Assembly: GCA_013239625.1 (NCBI GenBank)
Contig: MU054908.1
Location: forward strand, 12,536,005-12,600,004
From: Lama guanicoe
Taxonomy: Eukaryota
Reading direction: 5' to 3'
Length of the DNA: 64,000 nucleotides
Of this stretch, positions 37,855-49,468 are shown piece by piece. Position numbers and translations under genes: made by a program. Every line of letters starts with the position of its first letter. Within the stretch, counting starts at the first letter, position 1. Under the pieces are notes generated by a model. That model searched no databases, was not told where the DNA came from, and saw nothing but the letters and a program-made list of their open reading frames with translations.

Positions 37855-40100
37855 AACTCATTTGACTTACTCTAGGCTTACTATATATGAAGCACTCCTC
37901 CAGCTACTGTGTATACATCCACGTGACAGACAAAATCGCTTATTCATGAGGTTTATAGTCTAGTGGAGAAAGATCAAAAATACTTATCATTTAAGAAAGC
38001 TGTAGTGAGATGAAGAAAATTTAACAGGGCAGTAGGATAGAGAATGACTGGGTGATGTGTATTTAGCCTGGGTAGGTGCGGAAGCCTCTGGCAGAGACCA
38101 CATGTGAGCTAAAACCTTAAGGATGGGAGATAGCCCTATGACCCACAGGGAGAGGAATCCTTCCAACAGAGGGAACAGCAAAAGCAAAGGCCCTGAGACC
38201 GTGTTTAAGGGACTGAAAGGAGGCCAGAGTCATAAGAGTGGAGGGGTGAGGACGAGGTTGACATGTGGGGTGGTCAGCCAACCAGTGCCCAGTTCTGTAG
38301 AGCCTGTGCTTCAAAGTAAGCAGCTGGATTTCAGCAGAAATGTAAGCTGGGCAGTGATAGGGTCTGATTTGAGAAGATCAGTCTGTCTGTAAAGAATCTG
38401 TAAAGAATCACTCTGTTGTGTAAAGAATCAACTATGGAGGAGAGGCAAGGATGGAAACAGAGAAACCAGCCAGCGGGTCAGAACTGGGAGGATGACGGCT
38501 TAAGCTACAGCATGGCAGATGAGATGGGGGGAAGAGAGAGGGCTTTGTGTTGCCTTCTGGAAGTAACACTGACAGAGCTTGCTGATGGATTGAATAAGGA
38601 GTGTGAGGGGAAGCGAGGGGCCAAGGACAATGCCAGAGTTTATGTTCTTAGCATGAGGGAGCAGGTCATGCTGCCATTTGCACCTCTGGTTACGACTACT
38701 GGGCAACAAATGGAAACTGGGGGCCAGACACAAGGGTTTGTGGAGGAAAAGCAGGAAAATGTGGTGACCCCAAGGCCTCAGAAGAAAGTACATCAAGAAA
38801 GCAAGCAGAATCATCAAATGACAGCATCAGGGAGGATGAGAACAGAGATCTGACCATAGATTCGCCAATTGAAACATAAAAGCTGCCCCAGGAAAGTGGT
38901 GGAGAGGAAAGCCCAGTGAGCTAATACAGCTTTAGGGCTTCTGCTGAAAAGATGAGCAAAGCAATGGGGCAAAAAGAGGACTGAGAAACAGAACTGAGGA
39001 TTTCCCCCCCTTTTTTTTTCTTTTAAATAGTGATATATTTAGATGCTTAGTTAGCAATTAACTAATGGTGAATGAACATGAAGAAGAACTGAGTGAGCAA
39101 AAGGGGATGTGGATGAGGACCACAGGGGAGAGTGTGTCCAGGCAGGAACAGCCCTTCTCTTTGCTGTACAGGATGAAGGCCAAATATCCAGCCAAGGACA
39201 ATGCCAGAGTTTATGTTCTTAGCATGAGGGAGCAGGTCATGCTGCCATTTGCACCTCTGGTTATGACTACTGGGGCAACAAATGGAAACTGGGGGCCAGA
39301 CACAAGGGTTTTGTCTTGGGCATGTTAAGTGTGCATTGTCTATGAGACACCCAAGGAGAGATGTGTGTAGACCATGGAAGATATGTGTGTGTGGAACTCA
39401 GAGCTCAGAGGAGAGATCAGGCTTAGAGAAACAGCGTATTGAAAGGTGTAGGACTGGATAAGATCAGGTAGATGGAGGAAAGGAGAAAAGAGTAGCACAG
39501 GGGGAGGAGGGTGGGGAGGTGAGGAGAGCAGAGCGGAGCAGACGTGAGAAGAGGGGGGCAGGGAGGAGAGTGCCAGAGCACTTCCAGATGAGACTTCGAC
39601 TACTGGGCAACAAATGGAAACTGGGGGCCAGACACAAGGGTTTGTGGAGGAAAAGCAGGAAAATGTGGTGACCCCAAGGCCTCAGAAGAAAGTACATCAA
39701 GAAAGCAAGCAGAATCATCAAATGACAGCATCAGGGAGGATGAGAACAGAGATCTGACCATAGATTCGCCAATTGAAACATAAAAGCTGCCCCAGGAAAG
39801 TGGTGGAGAGGAAAGCCCAGTGAGCTAATACAGCTTTAGGGCTTCTGCTGAAAAGATGAGCAAAGCAATGGGGCAAAAAGAGGACTGAGAAACAGAACTG
39901 AGGATTTCCCCCCCTTTTTTTTTCTTTTAAATAGTGATATATTTAGATGCTTAGTTAGCAATTAACTAATGGTGAATGAACATGAAGAAGAACTGAGTGA
40001 GCAAAAGGGGATGTGGATGAGGACCACAGGGGAGAGTGTGTCCAGGCAGGAACAGCCCTTCTCTTTGCTGTACAGGATGAAGGCCAAATATCCGGTGGGA
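37855..40100 (-). mobile_element. L2 LINE containing an internal duplication/rearrangement
   Basis: Antisense L2 hallmarks: ttcatgaggtttatagtctagtggag, ccaacagagggaacagcaaaagcaaaggccctgag, ttgctgatggattga, cttgggcatgttaagt. Confidence 0.85.
38693..40093 (+). repeat. Exact 497-bp direct duplication (38693-39189 = 39597-40093) plus a ~120-bp copy (38620-38741 ~ 39191-39314)
   Basis: Constant 904-bp offset; identical where compared, including the C7 and T9 homopolymers. Confidence 0.97.
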
Positions 40101-40124
40101 TTGTGTTTTGGGTGGAGGGATGAT

Positions 40125-41575
40125 CTCATTTTGATCTGATCACATCATTTCGTATAATTTTATTGGGAAAAAAATGTGCCTAAGCGACCAGGAAAATATT
40201 ATGAAAAGAGAATAGTGATGGACCTATGAATTCTATCAGAAATTAAAACGTTTGGCACTATACTAAATAGAAAGTCCAGAAATAGCAACACATCTGGATT
40301 TAGTATATGATAAAGGTAGCCTTTCAAGTCAGCAGGGTTAGGATGGAGTAATCAATAAATGGCATTGAGATACTTGTCTAGTTTGGGGGAGTATAAAGTT
40401 TGATCTCTTCTCCACTCTTTAAAGGAAAATAAATTCCAGATGGATTAAACTTTTAAACATAGAAAATACCATAAAAATATTTTTAAATGGGAAATTGAAA
40501 ATATATAGTTTTGGCATGGCAAAAGTATGACACAAAACTCAGAAAGGAAAGAGACGGATTGAATTGAACTAAATACAAATTTAATTAGAATATAAAATAA
40601 AAATTAAAAATTAAAACATTAAATTTAATGAAATAAAAACACTACCATATGAAAATGTCCCATAACAAAGTGAAAACACAAACTAGAAACTAGAAAATTT
40701 TATTTGTATTATCTTTGACAAAGGGCTAGTTTTCTTAATATGCAGATGACTCTTAGAGATCAGTAAGACCAAGAAAAAGATAAATAATCCAACTGAAAGC
40801 AGGTAAAATAAATGAACAAGGAATTCATAGAAAAAGGCATACCATTTGCCAATAAACATATGGAATAATACTCAACCTCACCCATAAAATAAGAAATGCA
40901 AATTAAAACAGTAATAAAATACCATTTTCCACCTATGAAATACTTGTAATTTTGAAAATTCCTAGAGCTGGTGAAGGGGATGCAAAACAGATGATTCAAG
41001 AGGGGCAGTTTGGAAATGGTTAATAGGAAGAAGAACACGAAACATGCATTTGCCCTTTGACCCAGTAACACCACTTGTAAAGATTTAAACTGCTGATATT
41101 CTTATATAAGTGTACAATGGATGGTCAAAAATATTTATTACAATTAAAAAGTCAGAAACAACTTAAATATTTATCAAGAGACTATCACTAAATATACTAT
41201 AATACTCAAAAGGAATTATTAATCAAACCATGATACATTCATGGTATAGAATATTATGCAACAGTTAACAAGAAAGAAGTGTAACATATATAGATAATCT
41301 GGAAATATGATAAAAATATTTTAAAAAAATGTCAAACTATAAAAACTTGATCCCATGTATGCTTAAAAAATATACTGATATATGTTACCATATGCACTGA
41401 AAAAATCTAGAGTATACATGTTGAATTACATTAGTTTTCTCTAAGGAATGAGATTAGGGTATTGGGATGATGGTGGGAAAACTTTTACATTTCATCTTAT
41501 ACCTGTCAGAAGATATGTACATATAAAACTTATATATGTGAGAAATTATTTCTATAAGGAGAAAACTAGTTAATT
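40125..41575 (+). mobile_element. L1ME-type LINE-1 (degenerate ORF2 3' part plus 3' UTR)
   Basis: tatatgataaaggtagc, aaaataaattccagatggattaaa, aagaaatgcaaattaaaacagtaataaaataccattttc, ccctttgacccagtaa. Confidence 0.88.
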
Positions 41576-41689
41576 TAAAAATTATATCCAGACCCAAGCA
41601 CCTTTAATCCAGATACTGTCTAACATGTGCAGAATACAGTTTGTGACTGCTTTTTCCCTTGCTCTGGCCACTCTCTACTTTCTATAGTG

Positions 41690-42310
41690 GAAGGAAGCTC
41701 TCTTGTCTTCCTTCAAGTCTTGATCTTCCCTAGATGATTCTAGTTCATTCTCTCCTCTCTTGAATGGCAGGAGCCAAGACCTGTTCATATCCTGGGTACT
41801 CACCAACAGAGAAACTTTGGTTTGTTTATTTTTTAAAAATTGAACACATTTGTTTAAAAAATGGTTGAATCTAAACACAATATTCCAGATCATATCTAAC
41901 TGAAAAAGGGAACAAAATCTCACCTCCTTTATTTTAGATACCATACTTCTAATAATGCAAACTAAGCTTACATTTATGTATGTATGTATGTATGTATGTA
42001 TGTATGTATGTATTTAGGGAATGCATGACATGCTGTTAACTTATTAAATTCAAAGTCAACTAAAATCTCCAAATTTTGGGCACCCTCTATTACATTATAT
42101 TTGTAGAGGTTTTTTTTAAACTTAGGTAGTAGACTTCATGTTTTTTTCTAATAAATAAAGTTGAATTCATTCTGCTTAATAATATACCCTGTCAAGATGT
42201 TTTTGAATCTGATATCTTTGAATCTGTAGCCCAGAAACTTACCTCATTGCCGTGTACATTTGCACTAATGTGAGTGTTTTGGATAAGGTTGTTTACCCAA
42301 CTATGAAACC
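41690..42310 (-). mobile_element. L3/CR1 LINE fragment
   Basis: taaacacaatattccagatcatatctaactg...cacctcctttattttagataccatacttctaataatgcaaactaag. Confidence 0.7.
41975..42013. repeat. (TATG)9 microsatellite
   Basis: Directly visible. Confidence 0.95.
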
Positions 42311-43574
42311 ACTTCTTGAGGTCCAGCAATGTTCAAGGAACATTTGTTAGATGATTCAGATTATAAGTTTCTCCATCAGTGCAGATGGAGCCAGATATGT
42401 TTCTGTATCTACTGAGAAACTAAGATGAGGCTGGCATTTACAGAAGCCTTGAACTAACAGGGATCATGATTTCCTATGTTCATTCATTTTGCATAAGTAA
42501 TTCTAAATTGACTTCCAACTTCTTGCATGTATTCAGGCCCCTTACAAATGAAGGTTTTTTTTTTAACCATTATAACTTAGAAACACAAAATTTTAGAGAT
42601 TGAAAAAAGCAGATTCTCTGGCACTGTAATCAGTTCTGTACCTAAGGCTTTTTAAATGTGATGGAGAAATTTTAGAAATACTGACTGAATAAAAGTGGTA
42701 CTCAAGAGTTTGAGTTTGCTAGTTGTAATTAAGACCAACGTGTACTCAGTAGGAATATGGCACAGTTCTATCAAGGACTAGTCAGTTAAACAGATTAACC
42801 ACTTATAGATGCTTTGAGGAAAAGTTTTAGGTTATGTCTTCCAAAGTGTATTTTCTAAAAAGCAGAATTGCTGCTTTCAGGAGTATTAGCTGATTTGTTA
42901 AGAATTTCAAAGAAAGACAAATTAAACGGGAAAGAAAAGGGAAAACTGAAACACAAAGTTTACCCCCCAAAAGTTCCCAATTTCCTAAAGAATTCTACCC
43001 ATCATCAATCGAGTTCTCCTTTTAGGAAGCCTGGACAAAGGGTAGCCCTTCAGTGGGTCATGTTTGTTTTCTGTCTTATCTCTAGGCCACCTTTTTCTTC
43101 CTCTTCCTCATTCAGGTGCTTTGAGTGTTCTATTACTGCCTCTCCTTTCTCTATCCCATAATAAAAACCTACCCAAATAAAGGAGTTGTTATCAGTCATT
43201 CACACTCTGGTATGAATTTTCAACCTTCTTCTCCTCTAGGATGTTTATAGGTAACCTATTACTAGTTATTATAGAAAGACGTTCATTATCTCTGTTCCAG
43301 ACAGAAGTATTCTAGAGCTAAAATCCCCTCTAAAAAGTGATTCTTTTGTTTGAGTTAACAGTGCTTGGTTAATCAGCTCTAAAGGTGTTTTGTTTAGGTT
43401 TCTGGAGCCATGATAAGAGTTAGCGTACTCACTGTAAGCTTACTTAACAGGAGAGAGTTAAAAAGAGAAATTCAGATTTAAGAATCTTCCCCAGGAAATA
43501 TTGCCGAGATAGTGTAAAGAAAGATTCAAAGATCCCTTCAAGTAGAATTCAAAAGTAAGAAAAGCAAGAAGACT

Positions 43575-43835
43575 AAGAACTGAAAGGCACTTTGGAAGTT
43601 ACCATGCCCATCGCTCATTTCATTAACGACAAAGCCAAGGCTAGAGAGGTGGAAGACTTGCTTGTTGACATATGGCTGTTAGTGGCAGAAATGAGACCAG
43701 CACTCAGATCTCCATATTGACTTTGAATTTGTTCATTCATTCATTCATTCATCAAATACACATGGAGGGGCCCTTGGGTCCCAGGCTCTCTCTGCAGTTC
43801 TGAAATAGTCATGAATAAAGCAGCCCAAGCTCCTG
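43575..43835 (-). mobile_element. MIR3-like SINE followed by an L2 tail with (TTCA)n
   Basis: ctcatttcattaacgacaaagccaaggctagagagg; ttcattcattcattcattcatcaaatac. Confidence 0.65.
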
Positions 43836-45059
43836 CATGAGTGTCACTGCTGAACACTTTGTTATAGCTGTGGGTCAAGACCTGTTCCCCAGATCATTGC
43901 ACAAGAACCTGACTGACCTGCAGGACACATCAGTGAGCAAACTTCCCTGATTAATTACGATCGGTGGAGTGCTTAGTGGGAGCTTAGCAGGAGCTGACAC
44001 AAGTACTTTCTCACTATAGATTTCAGGGGAAGTTCAACTCACACGTTTCTGACTCACTGGGAGCTTAATATCCCTGTTGGGCTGTTATGACAGGAAGACT
44101 AGCTTCCCAAGATTCTTCTGTCATAGTTACGAATTGAAAGGATAAAGACCCTCACAGTCTACCAATAAATAGCTAGAATCACAGTATATTTTTTTTTCTT
44201 TTTTTAAAATTCAGGCACATCATGTTTTAACCAGTACCAATTTGGTCCTCCTGCTTTGCAGAGATTGATTGGAGTACTGTTACACAATATCATATTTGGC
44301 AATAAGTATGAAGAAAAATCTTCCCTCCTACCATGTGTGCCTCACTTCAGATACACAGGCACTTCAAAACAGACTTATATTTTGGGGAAGAGAGACTAAA
44401 TTTTCCTGAACAACTCCTGTTTGTTAGGCATTGAAATCTGTTTGGTGAGTATTGTTTAACTTAATCCCTTCCCACCCACCCCTAACCGCTGATTCCACAG
44501 AAGGAGCTGGGGTTTTGGATTTAGAGACCAGGGCTTAGATCCCAGCCCTGACATTTATTAGGGCCTGTCTGCACCCCAGGGAATTGGGGGAAACAGCACC
44601 TCCTCCCAGAACTGTGATGAGAATTGCACGTGGGGCTGTAGGAGAGAGGGCCTGGCCCTGTGCCTGGTGTGTGGTAGTTACATAGAAAGCATGAATGGCT
44701 CCCTCTTCTTGTCCTTCCCCTCTTCCTTTCAAACTGCTTATTTCCACATGGTTCCAGAGGTCCGCCTTGAAGTCTGGCTTAGATGTCTGTCTCCTGCCCT
44801 GGCCTCGCATCTTCCAGGAAGCCTCGCTGGGTCAGCCCAACCTAGTCGCAGGCCCACCAGCTTTACATTCACTCACTCCTCCTCCTCAGATGGAGGCTCC
44901 TATTTTTTTAAACCTGTAAGAACTTGCTACATATGTCATAATGGAAGCTGGATTCAAGTGGTGGGAGCAGGGGCGTCTCCTTTATTGTTTATTAGGAGGC
45001 ACCAAGTTCAAAATGAAAGGAAAACATCTTTAGAATCACATTCGATGAATTTTTACAAA

Positions 45060-45270
45060 ACACATACCATGCAGGCCATGTTTGCTATCCACTTTTACCT
45101 ATATTTTTCTTATTTGGGTCTCAAAAAGATCTGGTGTGACAGATTATGCTAGCCTCATTTACAGGTGAGACACTGAGGCTTGGTGGAGAGACTGAGAATG
45201 ACTTGCTTAGCGTCACTCAGCTAACGGCATCAGAGCCGGAACACCAAACCTGCCCTTTTAACTAACAGCT
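45060..45270 (-). mobile_element. MIR SINE
   Basis: cctcatttacaggtgagacactgaggct...tgacttgcttagcgtcactcagct. Confidence 0.75.
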
Positions 45271-46969
45271 TGCGATCTCCCCTTGGCATCACACGGCTGG
45301 CGAAGAAGTTCTGATTGTCTTACGACTCCCCAGGAGCACACAAGGGAGCCAGAGAGGCTCCTGAAATTGACTAGCCTGCTTTCCCCCTTGGACTGTGGCA
45401 TTAGAGCCTTTGTCCGCTACCATCGCACCCATCCTTATGGAGCGCCTATATTTGCATTCATCTGCAGCAACCCCATAGAATTAAAAAAAAAATCATGCAA
45501 TTATTACTGAAAGCTTCTTCCCTTGTCACCGTAGTCAGTACAGAAGTAGTGAACGACAACTTGGAGACAATACTATCTGCCATGTCCTCTTCAGTAAGCT
45601 GTTTGACTTAAATTAGAATTTCACTGAGCTTCTTTGTAGCTAAACAAAGCCTGCATCTTGTTGTAAGTAATAGAACTTATTTATACTTGATATCCTTTGA
45701 AAAGTGGTGGCACATCAGCAGCTCAAGCAGAAAGTCTTCCCTAATTCTTCCAGATGAAGTAACACGTCATTATCAGATAAGAGTGTTGTTGATATTTGAA
45801 TATCAGCATAAACCTATCTGTCCATTTCTAAAACTGAGACCCACCCGAGGGAGATGAATTCGTGTATGTGTCTTGATTCAGCTTCTCGATGTTTGGAGAG
45901 CATCTATAGTAACCGAGAGATCACCAGGTACTGGATCCTGCACGACCAGTTCGTTTCCTGCAGCTCCGGGACGAGTTTGCAGTTATGCATGGCTTTTCTC
46001 CTTGCCAGGATTTTGGCCAGTATTTCTTGCCCGTCATTCTTCATTCTTGTCTTTGCATTTTGGGTGAGTCACTGCCATACTTGTTACTGAAGCTTCCTGG
46101 GGTGAAACTCTGGGTCTCCTTCCTGATCACCCCAGACAATCCTAGTGCATGAGTTTACCTTGAATTATGTTTTGTATTGCTTTATAATTAGTTTGCAGAC
46201 ACTTAGGTATGTTTGCAGATACCTTAGTCAAAAGGCAAAAGGTGTGTTTTCCTTTTCTAAAGCCTGGCCTGTAAGAATGTCCTCACTTTGGGAAAATAGT
46301 TGACAAAATTTACATGTGATCTTGAAATCCACCTCCACCCATCACCCCCAACACACACACATTCCACCACTGGTGCTAGGTTCATACCCTTGATCCAGCC
46401 CAGATGTGATGTTTAACAAGTCACTCCCTCTCCCTAGTCTCTGCTTCCTTCTCCATAAGATCAGATCTGTCAGAGGCATGTTTCCTGTCACTGCACCTCC
46501 CCTGTTCAAAGAAGACATCACTAGTTGAATACCGAACTCTTTCCTGACTAGCCTGGAAATGGCTACAGAATCCTCAGAACACATCCCCGATATATACATA
46601 TAGGTGACACATCCTTCAAATAACTAAGTTTTTTCCTCAAAATCTCTATCCAAGCTAGACACCTTTAGAGGAGTTTGGGGTTTCAGATTTCAGATTTCTA
46701 GAGGAGAATAAAGGAGGCACCAATAATTGACACTCTTAGAAAAATTTCCCTAGTGGCCTAGACTCGTGCCCATGATCCTGGTGGGATTTGCAAAGAGAGT
46801 CAAATACTCAGAGGGTTTGATAGGTTTGATGATATTTTTATAAAACTGACCTGACAATCTTGTATTTAAATGCTGGTTGGACCAAGGGAATTGCCTTACC
46901 ATTGTATTGCAGAGAAAAGACATAATGTTTGGGGAACATTTTATTAATTGTGTTAATGAACATTGTAAC

Positions 46970-47190
46970 ACTTAACAAGTGCCATTCTTTGTTCTAAGCA
47001 TATTTCAAGTATTAATTCATTTAATCAGCACAATAGCCCTGCGATGTGCGTACTGTTAATACCCTCATCTTACAGATGATGAAACCAAGGCTCAGGGTGT
47101 TTAAGCAACTTACCCACAGTCACACAGCTGGTCCAGGGTGGAGCTGGGATTTACACCCATCATTCCACCCTTGGATGAAACTCTTAACAC
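46970..47190 (-). mobile_element. MIR SINE
   Basis: cctcatcttacagatgatgaaaccaaggctcagggtgtttaagcaacttacccacagtcacacagct. Confidence 0.88.
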
Positions 47191-48222
47191 TACATTCTTT
47201 TCCCCCTTTAAGTTGTAGAAACTCTGTGAGGCCTGATCGATCTGGGGGCATTCTTGAAAAGACAAGAAGAGGTTGTCCTCAAGCAGTATTACCCACACCA
47301 GAGTAATAATGTCATGAGGGCCAAATTATGTAATCCATGCAAAGGATCTGGCACACAGAAGAGGTGTTTAATCCAAGCTCCTGCCTTCTACTCTGCCTTT
47401 CCCTACAGGAAAGATTGCAAATATGTGAACCCAGAAGAAAGTCAAGGAGACACATTCTTAAAACAAAATAAAAATATTTTTAATACTGCATTGTGAAATG
47501 AATTTTTATTAAAAGTGCCAGTGTAGAAATCAAATAAATTAATACAACCAGTGATTTGAAGAAGACAGAAAATGAAGAGAAATCATTCATTAGTTAGGAA
47601 AATGCAGTGGGGTGCTTTACATAGAAAATATATCCTGTGGTAATGTGCTAAAGCTGCCGGTTCACAGACTTTACTATGTGAGGGATGGAACTTCCTCCTC
47701 CTTTCTAACTTCTCATGGCTCCCTTGTTATAAAGATTTCTTTTTATTGGACCTGATGAGATGTTTATCAAGGGTCTTCTCCCTTCAAAACACTGGTCCAT
47801 TCGTCTTTTCCTTGAAAAGCAGCACTGAGGTTCTGAGAGTTCAGAGGGTCTCCCGACAACTAGGGAAGTTTCTCCTGAATTCATTCTGGCCATGCTTTTC
47901 ACTCAAATGCTGTTGAAGGTATTTAGCAGTTGACTCCATGGATGGTATCATCCATTGACTGAGATTCCTTTGTAAGTGGTCCTACTGAGCACAGGACATC
48001 TTAATAATGCCTATTTCAGCATGAAAGAGTCAAAGGAGGAGTTAAGGAGGAGTTACGGAGGACACTTGAAGAAGAGCAGGATTTTGAGTGAAGGGAGCAA
48101 TCTGAATTGTAAAGGCATGAGGGGTGCTGGGTTGGGGAAGCTGGAGTGGGGAGTAAAAGGAGGGAAAGGGGGTTGATCTTTAGATAGAGAAAGGTTGATT
48201 TTTATTCTGTTTGCACAATAAT

Positions 48223-48350
48223 GTGTCAGTTAGCTCTGCTTTGGTTGCACTTGACAGAAAACCCAATTCAGATGGGTTTAAATGGTGGGGGCAGTGGAGA
48301 ATAGCAAATGTGGGGTGTGTCTTGGCTCACATAACTTAAAAGTCTACACA
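48223..48350 (-). mobile_element. MaLR LTR fragment (MLT1-like)
   Basis: tgtgtcagttag...tttggttgcacttgacagaaaacccaattcagatgg...ttggctcacataact. Confidence 0.6.
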
Positions 48351-48479
48351 GCAACTTGGTTTGGTGGTGGCATGGCACCCTAGGAGTCTCTTCTTAGCAA
48401 TGAAGTTGTGCCCTCTCTGTTGGTCAAGCCTCTAATTTTGTTTGAGTGAAGTCGTCTTGGAGGCAGACTTGAGATCAGA

Positions 48480-49095
48480 TTGGAGATAGAAAATTGGAAG
48501 CTAAGCTAACTGAAAGGGCAACACCTGCTCTAGTTCAAGAAAACAATGATGAAAGGCTGGGCTCTGGCAGAGGGAGTCAGTATGAAGAAGACACTTAAGA
48601 AGTCTAATGATTGAATATCAGGGGTGCAGGGAGGGAGGAACCTACAGTGATTTTTATGTTCCTGCCTTGGCAACTGGATAAAAGTTGAGCCTTTCATCAA
48701 GCTAGGGATACAAGAGATTTAGTGGGGAAAGATAGATAAACCTGATTTTGAATTCCCTCTGGGACATTCAGGTGCAGATTTCTGGTAGGCTGTTGGTTGT
48801 ATCCATCTTGAGCTCAGAAAACCACGCTGGGCTGGAGATATGGATTTGGAGCTCATCAGAGCAGATGGGTCATTTAAAGGTTTTGGAAGAGGAGGGGGAA
48901 GACCTGCAAAGGAAACCAAAAGGAAGACAGTCAGAGAGGTACAAGAAAAATTAAGAAGCAGTTTCCACAAAGACAGGAAAGGAAGAGGAGGAAAAGTGTA
49001 AAATTCTAGGTGGAATTAATTAAAATAAGAGTTGAAAATTGTCCATAAGACGTAGCAGACGAAAAGATCACTATCACACCAGGTCAGTGGTGGAA
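48480..49095 (-). mobile_element. L2 LINE fragment
   Basis: gccttggcaactggat...ggacattcaggtgcagatttctggtaggc...gggctggagatatggatttgg. Confidence 0.75.
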
Positions 49096-49264
49096 TCCAT
49101 GCTTTCGACAATCAATATTGAAAAGAATCACAAGCACCGATTAAATCAAGCAAATCACCATGTTTATTGATCACCTGCTGGGTGAAAGATCCCATACCAA
49201 GTGATGGAGAAACAACAATCAAAATCATGTTACAGTCTCTGAGCAGCAAGAACATAAATGCGTT

Positions 49265-49468
49265 NNNNNNNNNNNNNNNNNNNNNNNNNNNNNNNNNNNN
49301 NNNNNNNNNNNNNNNNNNNNNNNNNNNNNNNNNNNNNNNNNNNNNNNNNNNNNNNNNNNNNNNNNNNNNNNNNNNNNNNNNNNNNNNNNNNNNNNNNNNN
49401 NNNNNNNNNNNNNNNNNNNNNNNNNNNNNNNNNNNNNNNNNNNNNNNNNNNNNNNNNNNNNNNNNNNN
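49265..49468. other. N block, 204 nt
   Basis: Run of N. Confidence 1.

Noticed and set aside
38123-39721. ORFs of 85-145 aa with repeated peptides (KDNARVYVLSMREQ...)
   Set aside because: They lie inside a degenerate antisense L2, and the repetition comes from the local duplication
44667-45152. 161-aa ORF
   Set aside because: Non-ATG start, overlaps MIR remnants at both ends, no recognisable domain
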